From Octopus bimaculoides (Eukaryota): a DNA stretch of 40,724 bases. The notes under the pieces were generated by a model. The model was not told the origin of the DNA. It did no database searches and worked only from the letters and a program-made list of their open reading frames with translations. Location of the stretch: positions 33,768,575 through 33,809,298 of the forward strand of contig NC_068997.1 of the NCBI RefSeq assembly GCF_001194135.2, read 5' to 3'. This document shows positions 22,673 to 35,533 of the stretch, piece after piece; positions within the stretch are counted from its first letter, which is position 1, and each line of letters begins with the position of its first letter. The position numbers and the translations under genes were made by a program.

Positions 22673-24167
22673 GGAGAACTGCTAACGTCACTTCCATATT
22701 CAAGAAAGGGAGCCGTTTTGCGGTCAACAACTACAGGCCGGTAAGTTTGGCCTGCGTACTGTGCAAGGTGATGGAGGTGCTTGTTCGTGAGCACATCATC
22801 GAACACCTGCGGCGAAGCGACCTCCTCAACCAAGAACAGCATTGGTTCACAAAGGGGAGATCATGTGTGACGCAATTGCTTGACGTTCTTGACATCTCGA
22901 CGGAGGCCTTGGATGCAGGGGGAGGAGTCGATGCGATCTACATGGATTACATGAAAGAGTTCGACAGCGTCCCACATCGTAGGCTTGTAGCCAAAGTAGA
23001 AGCTCACGGTATCAAGGGAAATGTCCTTCAGTGGATCCAGGACTCATTGAGCCACCGGTCACAACGAGTCTGTGTCAACGGCGTAAAGTCAGAAAGGGGA
23101 GAGGTGACAATTGGCATCCCACAAGGCAGTATCATTGGCCCAGTATTGTTTCTCATGTATATAAACGATCTGCCTCGGCATGTCCAGAGCAACGTCAGGT
23201 TATTTGGTGACGACACAAAGATCTTCGCAAGGAATGACGTTGATGTGACCATGGCAACGCTGCAAGACGACCTGGATCACCTTCACGAGTGGTCGACGAA
23301 CTGGTAAATGCGGTTCCATCTTGAGAAGTGTTCCGTCTTGAGAGGGGAACCCGAAGACGGACAGGAATACTACATGAGAGGCCAGAATGCACAGGGGGGA
23401 CGGACTGTGGTAGAGCTAGCAGAAAGTGAGGTAGAGGGGGATCTTGGCGTCTTAATCGACAAAGGGCTGACCTTCAGGAACCACATAAACCAAGCAACTG
23501 CAAAAGCAAATCGAATCCTTGGAGTCATCCGACGATCATTTGACTTCATCACTCCTGTTTTCTTCGTCCATCTGTACAAGTCTCTAGTTTGTCTGATTCA
23601 TTAATATGGACACACAGTTTGGCAAACTCGGCATAAGGCAATGTGTTGCGAGTTGGATGATGTTTAGAGGCGTGCCACCAAACTCATTGCATCCTTAAAA
23701 GAAAAGCCATACCCAGAGCGCTTGGCTGCACTAAACCTGCCTAGTCTCGAACATCGCCGTCTCAGGAGGGATATGATCAACATGTATAATTATACGCACG
23801 GCCTGTACCTAACCAACCGCCCCCAATTCAACTACTTCCAAGGTAGAAATACGAGAGGACACAGCCTGAAATTGGAAAGATCACACTGCAGGCTCAACAT
23901 TAGAAGCTGCTTTTTCGTACACGGTGTGACCTCCACCTGGAACAGTCTGCCAAACAGTGTGGTCGCAGCTCCATCAGTCAATGTCTTCAAGAACAGGCTT
24001 GACGCACACTGGAGGGAGCTTCGGGCAAAATTTGACCCCGTCTGTTATTATTAGCTATAACTGTCGAAGTGTTGTACCACACATGACAAATTAATTGTAC
24101 TTGTGGAAAAGGACCTGTGAACAAGCTCCTAGGAGCTTCAACACGGAAACCATCCAGTATCCAGTAT
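22673..24167 (+). mobile_element. CR1-clade LINE, RT and 3' end; 5' part lost in a gap
   Basis: One reading frame over about 1.38 kb with three stops: ANVTSIFKKG..NYRPVSL..DYMKEFDSVPH..GIPQGSIIGP..LFGDDTK..DLGVLID..RRATK..RGHSLKL..WNSLP..FKNRLD. The 3' end has the palindrome aagctcctaggagctt and the terminal repeat (atccagt)2. Confidence 0.93.
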
Positions 24168-24201
24168 AAACTCATACTCATACATGTATATGTACGTGTA
24201 T

Positions 24202-24218
24202 ATGTATGTGTCTATCTA

Positions 24219-24277
<59 letters not shown>

Positions 24278-24303
24278 GCCTGTCTGTCTGTCTGTCTGTC
24301 TGC

Positions 24304-24398
<95 letters not shown>
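24202..24398. repeat. (TCTG)n/(TCTA)n microsatellite
   Basis: Direct reading. Confidence 0.95.
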
Positions 24399-25039
24399 GT
24401 AATTTGCTTAATCGTTCTTCTCTCTCTTTGATTGGTACGTTTGAAGTTCATTCATCCTGTTTGTTTAATTCGCATAAACATCAAGTTATGACAGCAACTA
24501 CTGTTGTAGCTGAGTGATTAAATAGTTTGCTTTTATAAACTAAAATCGCTCCGCCTAGATTCGTGGGTGTCTAAGCTTCCCAACTTATATTCACCCAACT
24601 TATATTCACCCACAACTTATATTCATTTTCTAAGACAGTTTTATTTCTTGATAATTTATAAAGTAATCTCTTCATTCCTGTTGCCATTCCTAGCCATATC
24701 AACCATACGTGATGTCAACAACTGCTAAATATTGCGTGGCTTAACGAGTCACGGTCTCTAGTTCAACAGTGGTTGAGAAGGTGAGTACTCATTGGAATAT
24801 TAGATATTACATTGTGCTAAATAGTCCATATTTTGTTTGTGTGGTACATTTGAAATCTATTTTTCAGATTTGTTTAATTCGTGTATATATTAAGTCTTTG
24901 CACCGACTACCTTCTAGCCTTTGTTCATTCTAACTGCGATATGATGTCGCTAAATCATTACGCACATTCCCATTCGCAGAGAAAAAATTGCTCTGGGATA
25001 AATATAAAGAATTCTATTGTTAGTAAATAGACATACATA

Positions 25040-25420
25040 TCAACACAGAGAATATTGGTGGAACATTCCCAACGAAACTTCTACCGAGTGCAAGCATAAC
25101 AGGACTGATATGGCGTTTTGGGGACAGTAAAAGAAAGATTATGTACAGTGAAAGAAATTAGTTGCTCTGTAAACATCTCTTCCCAAATCAGTGTAATGCA
25201 GAATATTTATGGATGACTGCTTCGAAACTTGCAGTTCATCTACCCTGGTTATCAAGCCACATTTATACGAATAATTATTAGTGCACGTGTCTATGTTTGA
25301 CAAATGTCTGAGTGACAATGTGGAAAAGCTAAGATTTTCGGGTTTACCTGCACTTTACAGATACGAACTGAAACTGGAATACTAAAAAGTATGCAGGACT
25401 TTTTTTAACGTTCAATATTA
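25040..25420 (+). mobile_element. Degenerate 3' end of an R4/Dong-like (restriction-like endonuclease) LINE
   Basis: WWNIPNETSTECKHNRTDMAFWD (cf. HN.PD REL motif), then EISC and IYG*LLRNLQFIYPGY..FIRIII. Confidence 0.5.
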
Positions 25421-26255
25421 ACACTTGTCATTGTTTTTATCCAAATTCCAACGATGGACCTCTTGTTCCTTTGTTAGAAAACAACAACTTCTTTCTAAAT
25501 AGAATTATAATAATAAGATACATACATATATACATACACACATGCGCACACATGCACATAAATTGGTATCGCTGCGATATTTGTTCCGGGTCTCTGCGCT
25601 CTTGGTTCAAATTTATCCTAGGTTATCTTTTCCGGGTTGATAACTAAACTACAAGTTCAGTGTTGGCGTAGGTCCCCCCCTCTCTCTCTCTCTCCCACCA
25701 GCTTTCACATTCTGGATGTTCTCTAACTTAAAAGTAAACGAGTCGATACAGTGCCAGGGCAGCGACACACACACATACACATACACACACACACACTCAC
25801 TCACTCACTCACTCACTCACTCCCTCCCTCACTGACTCACCCATGCACTCACTCACTCACACATACGCATAAGCATTATTACGTATTTCTTGTACAGCAA
25901 TGAAAGTTAGGTTTTTTAAGGAGATAGTTCAAGAGAGGATGTTACAGTCACATAATTACAAATATTAGTGATACATGAGAAACAAAAACAAACATTCAAC
26001 TAGAAATTCAAACCTTTAATGCATTACTTTTGCACTATGTCGCTTATCGCAAAGTCAAACAGAAAGTGTTTGTAATAATATGTAAAGCACTTCTTCGAAA
26101 TGAATATCTTCCATTTGAAATACCGGCCACACAGTTTTTATTTCTAATTTATCTGAATATTAGAAAAATCTAAATATGTATCTAACCGTATTTCAATCAT
26201 ATTTAGATATTCACACGTATACACACGCTTACATGCACGCCAATATCTGCAAAGC

Positions 26256-26377
<122 letters not shown>

Positions 26378-26789
26378 ATTTGCCTAGATATCTGTTTGTT
26401 TGATTTAACCGGAACTTACCTTAGTTCTACACTGCTTGCATCACCAAATCTTGTTTGTAGAAAAACGAAGAAAAGACGAGGATATATTTCTAGACAGGTT
26501 TAATTCATATAAAGATACACCACTGTCTGATTGTTCAGTAGAAGTTGGGAATGTTTTCGAAGAGGTTACAAACCAGCTACAGCAAGCGACAAGCCAAAAC
26601 ATTTGAAACAGGGACAAGAGCAGGTGAGAAATCAAGAAATAGAAATCAGATGGAATAGAAGGCTGTTGTTGTTGTCGTTGCCATTGCTGTTGTTGATATT
26701 AATGTTCTTCTTGATGTTGGTTGCTGTTGTAAAAAAAAAAAAAATTCGGTGCGCTGGTGTGATAACGTGCCACTGCTATTTATGAAGAA

Positions 26790-27170
26790 AATGGTGTTAG
26801 TTGTAATAATTTTAAGAACAATTTGGTGATGGTTGTGATAATGTTGATTATGATCAAAATGGAGGTGCTTGTAATAATGTTGATTATGGAGAAATGGTGG
26901 TGGTTGTTGTGATAATATTGATTATGAACAATTTGGTGATGGTTGTGATAATGTTGATTATAAGCAATATTGAGGTGGTAGTTGTGATAAAGTTGGTTTT
27001 CGTGAAAAAATGGTAGTTGTTATTGTGATAATGCTGATTATGGTGAAATGGTGGTGGTTGTTATCGTGATAATGTTCATTATAACCAGAATTAATGTGGT
27101 TATTGTGATAATATTGATTATGGGGAAATGGTGGTGGTTATTGTAATAATGTCGATAACGATCAAATTAG
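26790..27170. repeat. Degenerate minisatellite of about 36-39 bp (gttgtgataatgttgattatg...tggtg), about 10 copies
   Basis: The core gtgataatgttgattatg recurs at near-regular spacing. Confidence 0.75.
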
Positions 27171-27998
27171 TTGATTATGATAATTTAAACGATGAATTTC
27201 CAGAAATAAGGCAAATCTCAGTTTAGTAGAAGAAAAGAAAGCTGAGATACTGAGATGATTTATTTCTCAACAAGTTAGGTTTGCAATAAAGTAAATCGAC
27301 ACCAGCGAAGAATCGAAACCGGGTCGGAGATTCGACTCTCGAGTGTAACTATACAGTATTGGGCTCTCTTTCAAACAGTGTTTTTTTTATTGTTGTTGGT
27401 GCTGCTTTAGTGAAGCTTTTGATTGTTGTTGTTGTTATTGTTGTGTTGTTAATGACAGCAACAACAACGACGACGACGATGATAATGATGATGACGAGGA
27501 CGACGACGGTGATGATAACATTGGAGAAGACCAGTGTCATCTTATGTTGTTGATAATGATGCTGCGTATGGAATTGGTTGTGGTAATTACAGTGCGGTCG
27601 ATGTTAATGACGTCGACGACGACAACGTCGAAGTCGACAACGAGACAAGACAGCGAAGGGAACGGCGATTATGTTGATGGTATTAATGCTATTACTAATA
27701 AAGTTCTTATTAATAGTTCTTATTGATGTTGTTGTTGCTCTTGATATCGTGCAGGTTAGTTTTATCGTTATTATTGTTGCTATTGCTGTTGTTTAGCCCT
27801 AGGATATTCCTGGCTCATCGAAAGCGTTCTAGCCATAATTAACCCGTCTTTTACTTTCAGACAGAGAGTATCTTGAACTACATTATTCGCTGTTCTAGAT
27901 TAAAGCAATAAGGTGGTATAGGAAGGATATTTGGTTGCCTTTTCTAGCAAACCGAGTTCTTCCCGCAGACGTCCCTCTTTTGCTGTTATTATCGTGGC

Positions 27999-28050
<52 letters not shown>

Positions 28051-28227
28051 GTTGTTGTTATTGTTGTTGTTGTTGTTGCTGTTGTTGTTGTTATTTCTGG
28101 TATGTTGTTGCTACTAGTATTGTTATTATTTGTGGTGGCACTTAGTTTTATTTTGGATTTATCTCTCCTTGTGCTTGTATGCATGATGTGAGTGTGTGTG
28201 TGTGTATATGTGTGTGTTTGTGCGTGC

Positions 28228-28276
<49 letters not shown>

Positions 28277-28842
28277 TTGTTTGTATTCTGTTTTCAAATG
28301 ATTCTTCAAGGATGAAGAAACTATCAACAACACCAACAGCAACAACAACAAATAAGAAGAAAAAAAAAACAAAAAACAAAACACAAAAAACAGAAAAAAT
28401 AGCAAAAAAAAAAGCAGTGACCACCAACAGCATCAGTCGCAGCAAAAAGAGCTACAAGAACGTCAAGAACAAAAACAAAATTAACAAGAACAAGAAGGAT
28501 CTCAAAGATGATATAATACAGTTCTGGAATGTTGTGAAAAGTTCAGTTTTACAGTCAAATATTTTGCAGATTGCCTGAAAGGGAAGAGAAAATGAATCGT
28601 GGTGTTTATGAATTTAGAGCTTGAAAAAAGAATCAAAAACAGTGTAAGGCGAAAACTTTCAGTAATACAACGATAACGCCAGTTTTACAGTAAAAATGTA
28701 GGACGAAAATATAAATATAATAAAATGGTGCAAAGGCCGGGGTGGGGGGCAGGCACTAAGAGCCCGGGGACCTTCATTCACCTTTTATTGTCCACTGTAC
28801 TTCATTTTTTCGTCTTTCCTTTTATTGCTTCATAGTGCATGG

Positions 28843-28892
<50 letters not shown>

Positions 28893-29370
28893 NNNNNNNN
28901 NNNNNNNNNNNNNNNNNNNNNNNNNNNNNNNNNNNNNNNNNNNNNNNNNNNNNNNNNNNNNNNNNNNNNNNNNNNNNNNNNNNNNNNNNNNNNNNNNNNN
29001 NNNNNNNNNNNNNNNNNNNNNNNNNNNNNNNNNNNNNNNNNNNNNNNNNNNNNNNNNNNNNNNNNNNNNNNNNNNNNNNNNNNNNNNNNNNNNNNNNNNN
29101 NNNNNNNNNNNNNNNNNNNNNNNNNNNNNNNNNNNNNNNNNNNNNNNNNNNNNNNNNNNNNNNNNNNNNNNNNNNNNNNNNNNNNNNNNNNNNNNNNNNN
29201 NNNNNNNNNNNNNNNNNNNNNNNNNNNNNNNNNNNNNNNNNNNNNNNNNNNNNNNNNNNNNNNNNNNNNNNNNNNNNNNNNNNNNNNNNNNNNNNNNNNN
29301 NNNNNNNNNNTATATATATATATATATATATATATACCTATGTATGTATATGTGTAGGTAGGTATGCATG

Positions 29371-29402
<32 letters not shown>

Positions 29403-30098
29403 CATATATTATATGCATATACATATATGTATATGCATAATAATAATGCACACACGTATATAACTATATAGAGATATATACACGTGTGTTTGTGCGCATG
29501 TGCGTGTGTACGTGATAAGAGACACATGCATATAAGGAAGAGTAATTACAAATTAGTGGATACAGGGAAGTGAAAGTGTACTCAATACGATAAAGTAGAG
29601 TGGAATAATTTTTATTTAAAGATGTATTATCACAGCTCGCAACTTTGTGTTTCTCTTTGCCGTTATCATGGCAACGCGAAACTGGGAATAGCGATCTGTG
29701 AAGGTTTAGCACTGACTGGAAAATATATTGCATATATGTATGTTATACGTTTAATGAATCCCATTAGTTTCAATTGTCTTAGTGTAGTAACTAATAATAT
29801 TATTATCGACGTCTCAGAGTGGCTCTTAAGTTTCATACAGTCCTCTCACACACACTCACGCGCACGCATAAATGTATGTATTTATTTTTCTATAGCAATG
29901 CTATTATATCTGATATATCTAATATTAGACTTTTATAGTTAACCTTCTTTTTCATTTGTGCCCTTCTTCGTTGCTTTCATCCAGTATTATTTCGTGTTCC
30001 CTTTATTTGTTTCTTTGTTTCTTTTTTTCTTCTCATTTACCCCCTCCTGGCTCATTTATTTTGGATTTAAATTCTCTTTGATGTCTGAACCCCACCTC

Positions 30099-30135
<37 letters not shown>

Positions 30136-30154
30136 GTCTGTCTGCCTGTCTGCC

Positions 30155-30225
<71 letters not shown>

Positions 30226-30239
30226 ACACATGTATATAT

Positions 30240-30432
30240 ATATGTAGAAGGTTACACGAGGCCGAAGGGGAGACGAAGAACGAGATATTTGACCGATATC
30301 CATAGTTTCAGTTGGTCATGCTTCGGAATCTAGCAGGGAAGTGTAGTGACAGTTGCTTCTGAAAGGACCCTATGGAGGCAGTGCCTGAGGACTCTGCCTC
30401 CACGACCATCTCAGGAATAGCGCGGAGAAGAC
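30240..30432 (+). mobile_element. Short 3' end of an RTE/L2-like LINE
   Basis: RRGRRRTRYLTDI and LWRQCL-like C-terminal remnants, an 8-bp stem ggaggcag/ctgcctcc, then a (CA)n tail. Confidence 0.4.
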
Positions 30433-31292
30433 ACACACACACGCACACACACACATATATATATATACACACATACACTTCAGTCTTTGAATAGATCTCA
30501 ACATAGTCACAAAATATACAGATCTTGGTTAGGAACCCTGCCCAGGAGTTTACAGCTGATACATCAACTGAAACGCCAGGCTCATTGAATCAGCATGTAA
30601 GTGGACAAGTATACAGCAAACATGTGTAGCTTTGATGTAATTCTTAAGCGGAATCAACATGGCAAGTATGACAAGGCCAGATATTTGAAATGCAAGTACA
30701 ATCCACCCGATGAGCATCTAACTCTTTATACAAATTCATTCACAAGATATGAATCGACCCGAGGCTATTGAAAATGAAACTTTTCCAAACTGTCACGCAG
30801 TAGAATCGAACTTGAGCCTCCTGATTACAAAACTAACTTCTTAACTTTCAACCGCATTGCTTTTACTACATACACTTCATGTTGAGTGTCTGCTTCTATT
30901 ATTGTCTATGTATACATTGCAGATTTTTTGACTTTCAATCTCCTTGTCTATACTATTTGTATAACCACACTGTGTCTCTGCATAGCCATTGTTTCTCTGT
31001 GCAACTCTTTCTAAGTCTATACACACCTTACTATGTTTATACTTTCTCTATTTTGCAGGCAGTCTTGTTACATACACTCACACACATACATGCATATATA
31101 TATTTACACACACACACAGACGCACACATCTTTTTAATGAATTTTTTAATTACTGTTGTGAAGCTACACCAGTGATTAAGTGCTTACAGGTTTTTGCCAA
31201 TGTTTTGAGTCACTGATGTAACCTATCAGATGTAGTAAACTAAGCACTCTACTTTATGTATTGAATTCCATTTCTCCCGCTCATGTAAACAA

Positions 31293-31337
<45 letters not shown>

Positions 31338-32254
31338 CATAAACTTGGATATATTTGTATGTGTATATTTTTATGTATGGATGAATAAAAGGCGAATAAG
31401 ATCAAAGTTTTTTTCATAACAATAAGCAAAATGGTTTTTCTTTTTTTTTTTTTCATTTTCTCGTTATATATTTCAATATTCTTTGATTGAAGGATATTTT
31501 TAGCTTAAAATGACTCTTCTATTTCAACACAAATCTTTCTTGCTTCACAGACATTAATTTGGTGAATTAGAAACACGTCTAAGTTTGAATGTTTAGGCTG
31601 TCTTTTTTTTTTTGTTAGCATTGGCGAAGCTTTTGTTCTTGTTGTTGCTGTTACTTGTAGGACGGCTTTGTTCTTGTGTTTATCAGCTATTGTAGTCCAA
31701 ATATCGATGCAATTCCCACAGAATTTTCTCTTGAAAAATGTCTTTGCTTTAGCAAAATTAAAGCTACACCAATGCAGAAAGTAAATGAAAGAAGTGTGTT
31801 TATGTGTTAGATATATGCATGTATGGACGTATGTATGTAAATATGCATATATTGACATATGTATGCATACAAGTATGCATTTATGTAAATACGTAACTAT
31901 TTATAAATGTACTTAAGTATGTACATGTATCGTATCCCTCTGTATGTACGTTTATTTTGTGAGTTTTAGGCATGAATTAAAACAAAAAGTGAATAGTCAA
32001 AGATCCAAAGGAAACAAAAATTTCTGCTAGGATGTAAAATTAAGGAATCAGTCAGATATATAAAACAAAGGAATTAAAATAAACATTAAGATATTTTGAA
32101 CAGTCTTTCATCATTTATATCATTTAGTCCTTTCCTTTCTGTCGTTTTCCGGTGTCTTACTATCTGATCTTTAGCCCTCTCTTGCAGCGTTGAAATTTTT
32201 GGCATATTTCATTGTTATTTTTACATTTCATCTCATTCATTACATTTCAATGTA

Positions 32255-32328
<74 letters not shown>

Positions 32329-32338
32329 CAACAATAAC

Positions 32339-32399
<61 letters not shown>

Positions 32400-32422
32400 G
32401 TAATAATAATAATAATAATGAC

Positions 32423-32475
<53 letters not shown>
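32255..32475. repeat. (AAT)n microsatellite just downstream of the hedgehog stop codon
   Basis: Direct reading. It begins about 65 nt past the TAA on the hh sense strand. Confidence 0.95.
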
Positions 32476-32541
32476 CAATAATAAAAATAATAAAGTTTTC
32501 TCTCTCGCTTCGATACTTTTTTAAAATATATCTTATAATTA

Positions 32542-33233
32542 TTAATCATTCATGTATAATAATGTTCTATCCAGGAATAGAGGAGCGATCTTGTATAAAA
32601 GTTTTGCATACCAATGAATGCCATCGATGGCATATGAGGCCAATGGACTTTCAGCCCAGGATACAAAAGGGATGTGACTCGTTACCTGGTGGAGTCCTCG
32701 TAAGAAGAAAAACGACGCATGCGCAATGTAATCGCTGTTTATGAACGCATAGCAAGAGACGACAACGCCATCGACGATGATGTTACCAGATTTTGTAAGC
32801 GGTGCCACAACACCTTTCTCTGAGACAGCTGCTATTTTCTTTACCCGGGAAGCAAACAATCCCGCCGTTCTGTCCGTTGTCATAACATAATCTCCAATCT
32901 GGACCTGGTCAGCATATGTAGCTTCGAACTCAGAATCATTGTCATTCAGGTCAAACCGTGTTCGATTTGTGTAAGAGGAATAAATTAAGTGCTTTCCGGT
33001 CAGTCGAATTGTATGGCCGTTCTCTGTTTCAATTCGGTGAAAGTAGCCACTAGAATCTTTATTGGTGTCCAAAAATGCTATCACTTCACTGTAAGTTAAC
33101 TCGCCTTGAAGGTCGACCGATAAAACACTGTCACCAACTTTTAACTGGTCCAGGGTTATGGTGCCTTTGTTTCGAACAACGACTTTGCCTGTTCTTGGGA
33201 AGCATCCTCCGTAGTGGGTAGTATCAAGCGAAT
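32542..33233 (-). CDS. hh: Hedgehog, last coding exon: end of HhN + Hint domain + sterol-recognition region
   Basis: Acceptor tatattttcag| at 33234, phase 1, then (D)SLDTTHYGG|CFPRTGKV...LDQLKVGDSVL...SEVIAFLD...IRLTGKHLIY...GVVAPLTKSGNIIVDGVVVSCYA...HASFFFLR...GIHWYAKLL...MND* (220 aa from Cys, TAA at 32544-32542). C1, D46, T69 and H72 sit at the canonical positions. The intron position matches the conserved last intron of hedgehog genes. Confidence 0.96.
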
Positions 33234-34592
33234 CTGAAAATATATAGACAAATTAATTTTTATTCAGTTGAAGTAAAACAGCTTGTTTCTAATGGGCACA
33301 AATAAAAGTCAATGTTATGAATAAGCCAGAAAGGAAACTAATTTGACATAAAAATCTTATCCGGAATATGCTCATAAAAAGATACCATATGTTAGTGACG
33401 GAAAATACAAAAACGGGTGAGCTATTAGAATGTCCGACTCTTCAATAGCTTTACAAGTATTAACATCTTCACTACAGCGACCAACACTTACACAGTTACT
33501 ACCATCACTCACAAATAAATATCTGTAGTGTGTGAGTCTAACAAGATGGCACAATAAACATTACAAACGAAGACACGATGGAGTAGAGAAAAAAAATAAA
33601 CAGAATTTTGTAGGAAATTTGAATTCAAAGTAGATGTTAAACAGTATCATAACTTCTCAGAATCTGGTATCGAAAATGATTATTGTAAGACTATGCTGGA
33701 TATATGACCATAATAAAGGACAAAAGAAACTAAGGTAATCGATGTTTCTGTATGATAGAAGAGCTGGTGCAAAAGAAATTAAAAGTATCTGGACGTGGTG
33801 TGAGAACTGAGAAAATCTGAGTTACGCAACCGATATTAGGAGTGGCTATTTATTCAATGCTATAAGAGAAGTAGAAGTAACATTGAAAGCTGCTGTTTAT
33901 GAGATTAATACATTGGAATTGAGACACTGCTAGCAAAACTTATTCAACCGCTAAAATCCGAAAATACTGTTGGAGCACAAACGTATGTAGTGTTTGAGCA
34001 CATTGCGGACTAATGGAGTTGTGTTGATATGTATGATAGGCCCGACTATCGGCCAAGTCTATCGTGAAGATCGCCCCACCACTCTTTTTTAATAGAACTA
34101 GCCACACAGCTTTCCTCTGTTCTGAGGCTATGGTGAAAGAAGCAGAAAGGATTGAAGACAAATAATTACTCATCGACTTTTTAAAGTTTCATTTGAAAAA
34201 AGAAAATGAAGGTGAAGAGGGAACTGCTCTCCTCTAGTTGATGATGTACAGAAAATAGAGTGAATTGAATCACCCTAAACATGTGCCAATAGATCGAAGA
34301 ACAACAGTTGGGAGAAGACATGTACCCTTGGTGGTCGGAATGATCTTGGATCATTGCGATACCTTCAGTGACTTTATTTGGAGACTTTATTAAAAGAACG
34401 ATATCATCCATCTGTTCAAACGCGTTGCGGCATTTGTTCCGACGGCTTTACATTCTGACTTGAAATCCTCCCGAAATCAACATTGCTTTTCCTCCTTTCG
34501 AGTCTCTAAAATTAAGTACCTGTCAAGTATTAGTGTCGATGTAATCCACTAACCCACCTTCTTCAAAAATTTCTGGCCTTGTACTTATTTTG

Positions 34593-34633
<41 letters not shown>

Positions 34634-34754
34634 CATTTCTACTAAAGGCACAAGATATGAAATTTTGGTGGAGGGGAAAATCGATTACATCGACTGCAAT
34701 ATCGATCCGCTAAGCATTTCCCCCGGCTTGCTAACGATTTTGCCATCTCCCCAA

Positions 34755-34805
<51 letters not shown>

Positions 34806-35478
34806 CCCTTCTACTAAAGGCACAAGGCCCGCAGTAACAACAACAACAACAACAATAATGATAATGTCCAGCGAAGCAACACAAGAGAGTGATAATGTAA
34901 ACAAAAGGTGTAGCAGAAATTGTGAAAGAAGACTCCTTATAAAATGGTCTGGCGATGTCGTTGACATAGCGACAAAATAAAAAAAAAACAGTCTGAAAGC
35001 AACAAGGACAAGTGGTAAAGCTCAGCCGCAGGCCCAACGACTTTTCCTAATCAAGTTTTGCTCCTTTTATAGCTTTGTACTTCCTTGACACAGCTCTTCC
35101 ACATGCGTGTTCACGCAGGATGCTCCTCAAATCTCTAGTATCCGTAGTGATGGCCCAGGAATCAGTACATGCAGAAGAGAGGAGAAGAAACTACCTTGAC
35201 AGGTCGAGCGCGTGGGACTGGTGTTGCTGTAGCTTATGAAAGACAGAGTCTTGCCGATATCTGTCGTTTAGCTACATGAGATCATTAAGCAAATGATCTT
35301 GCTTATAAATATTGATAATGACGATGATAATGCCAGTGACAATATTAACAACATCAATAATCATAATGAATTCTATTGGTTACAATGGTCCAAGATATTG
35401 AACATAGTAGAAGGACGAAATCACTATTTCGTCCTATCACACTGAGCACTGAAAAGATATAGCAAAATATATTTCAGT

Positions 35479-35533
<55 letters not shown>

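Noticed and set aside
32542-33204. Intein or bacterial intein-like domain
   Set aside because: There is no C-terminal His-Asn and no endonuclease. The SCYA, SRR and spliceosomal acceptor identify a hedgehog Hog domain.
34328-34336. Gli/Ci-like site GACCACCAA on the minus strand
   Set aside because: A single imperfect 9-mer inside probable old repeat sequence, expected by chance.
33940-34440. Possible LINE RT fragment (MDDIVLL)
   Set aside because: One short motif only, not enough to assign a family.
35040-35300. 55-codon plus-strand ORF after a pyrimidine tract
   Set aside because: There is no good donor, and the minus strand loosely resembles an RTE-like LINE C-terminus. Neither reading is supportable.
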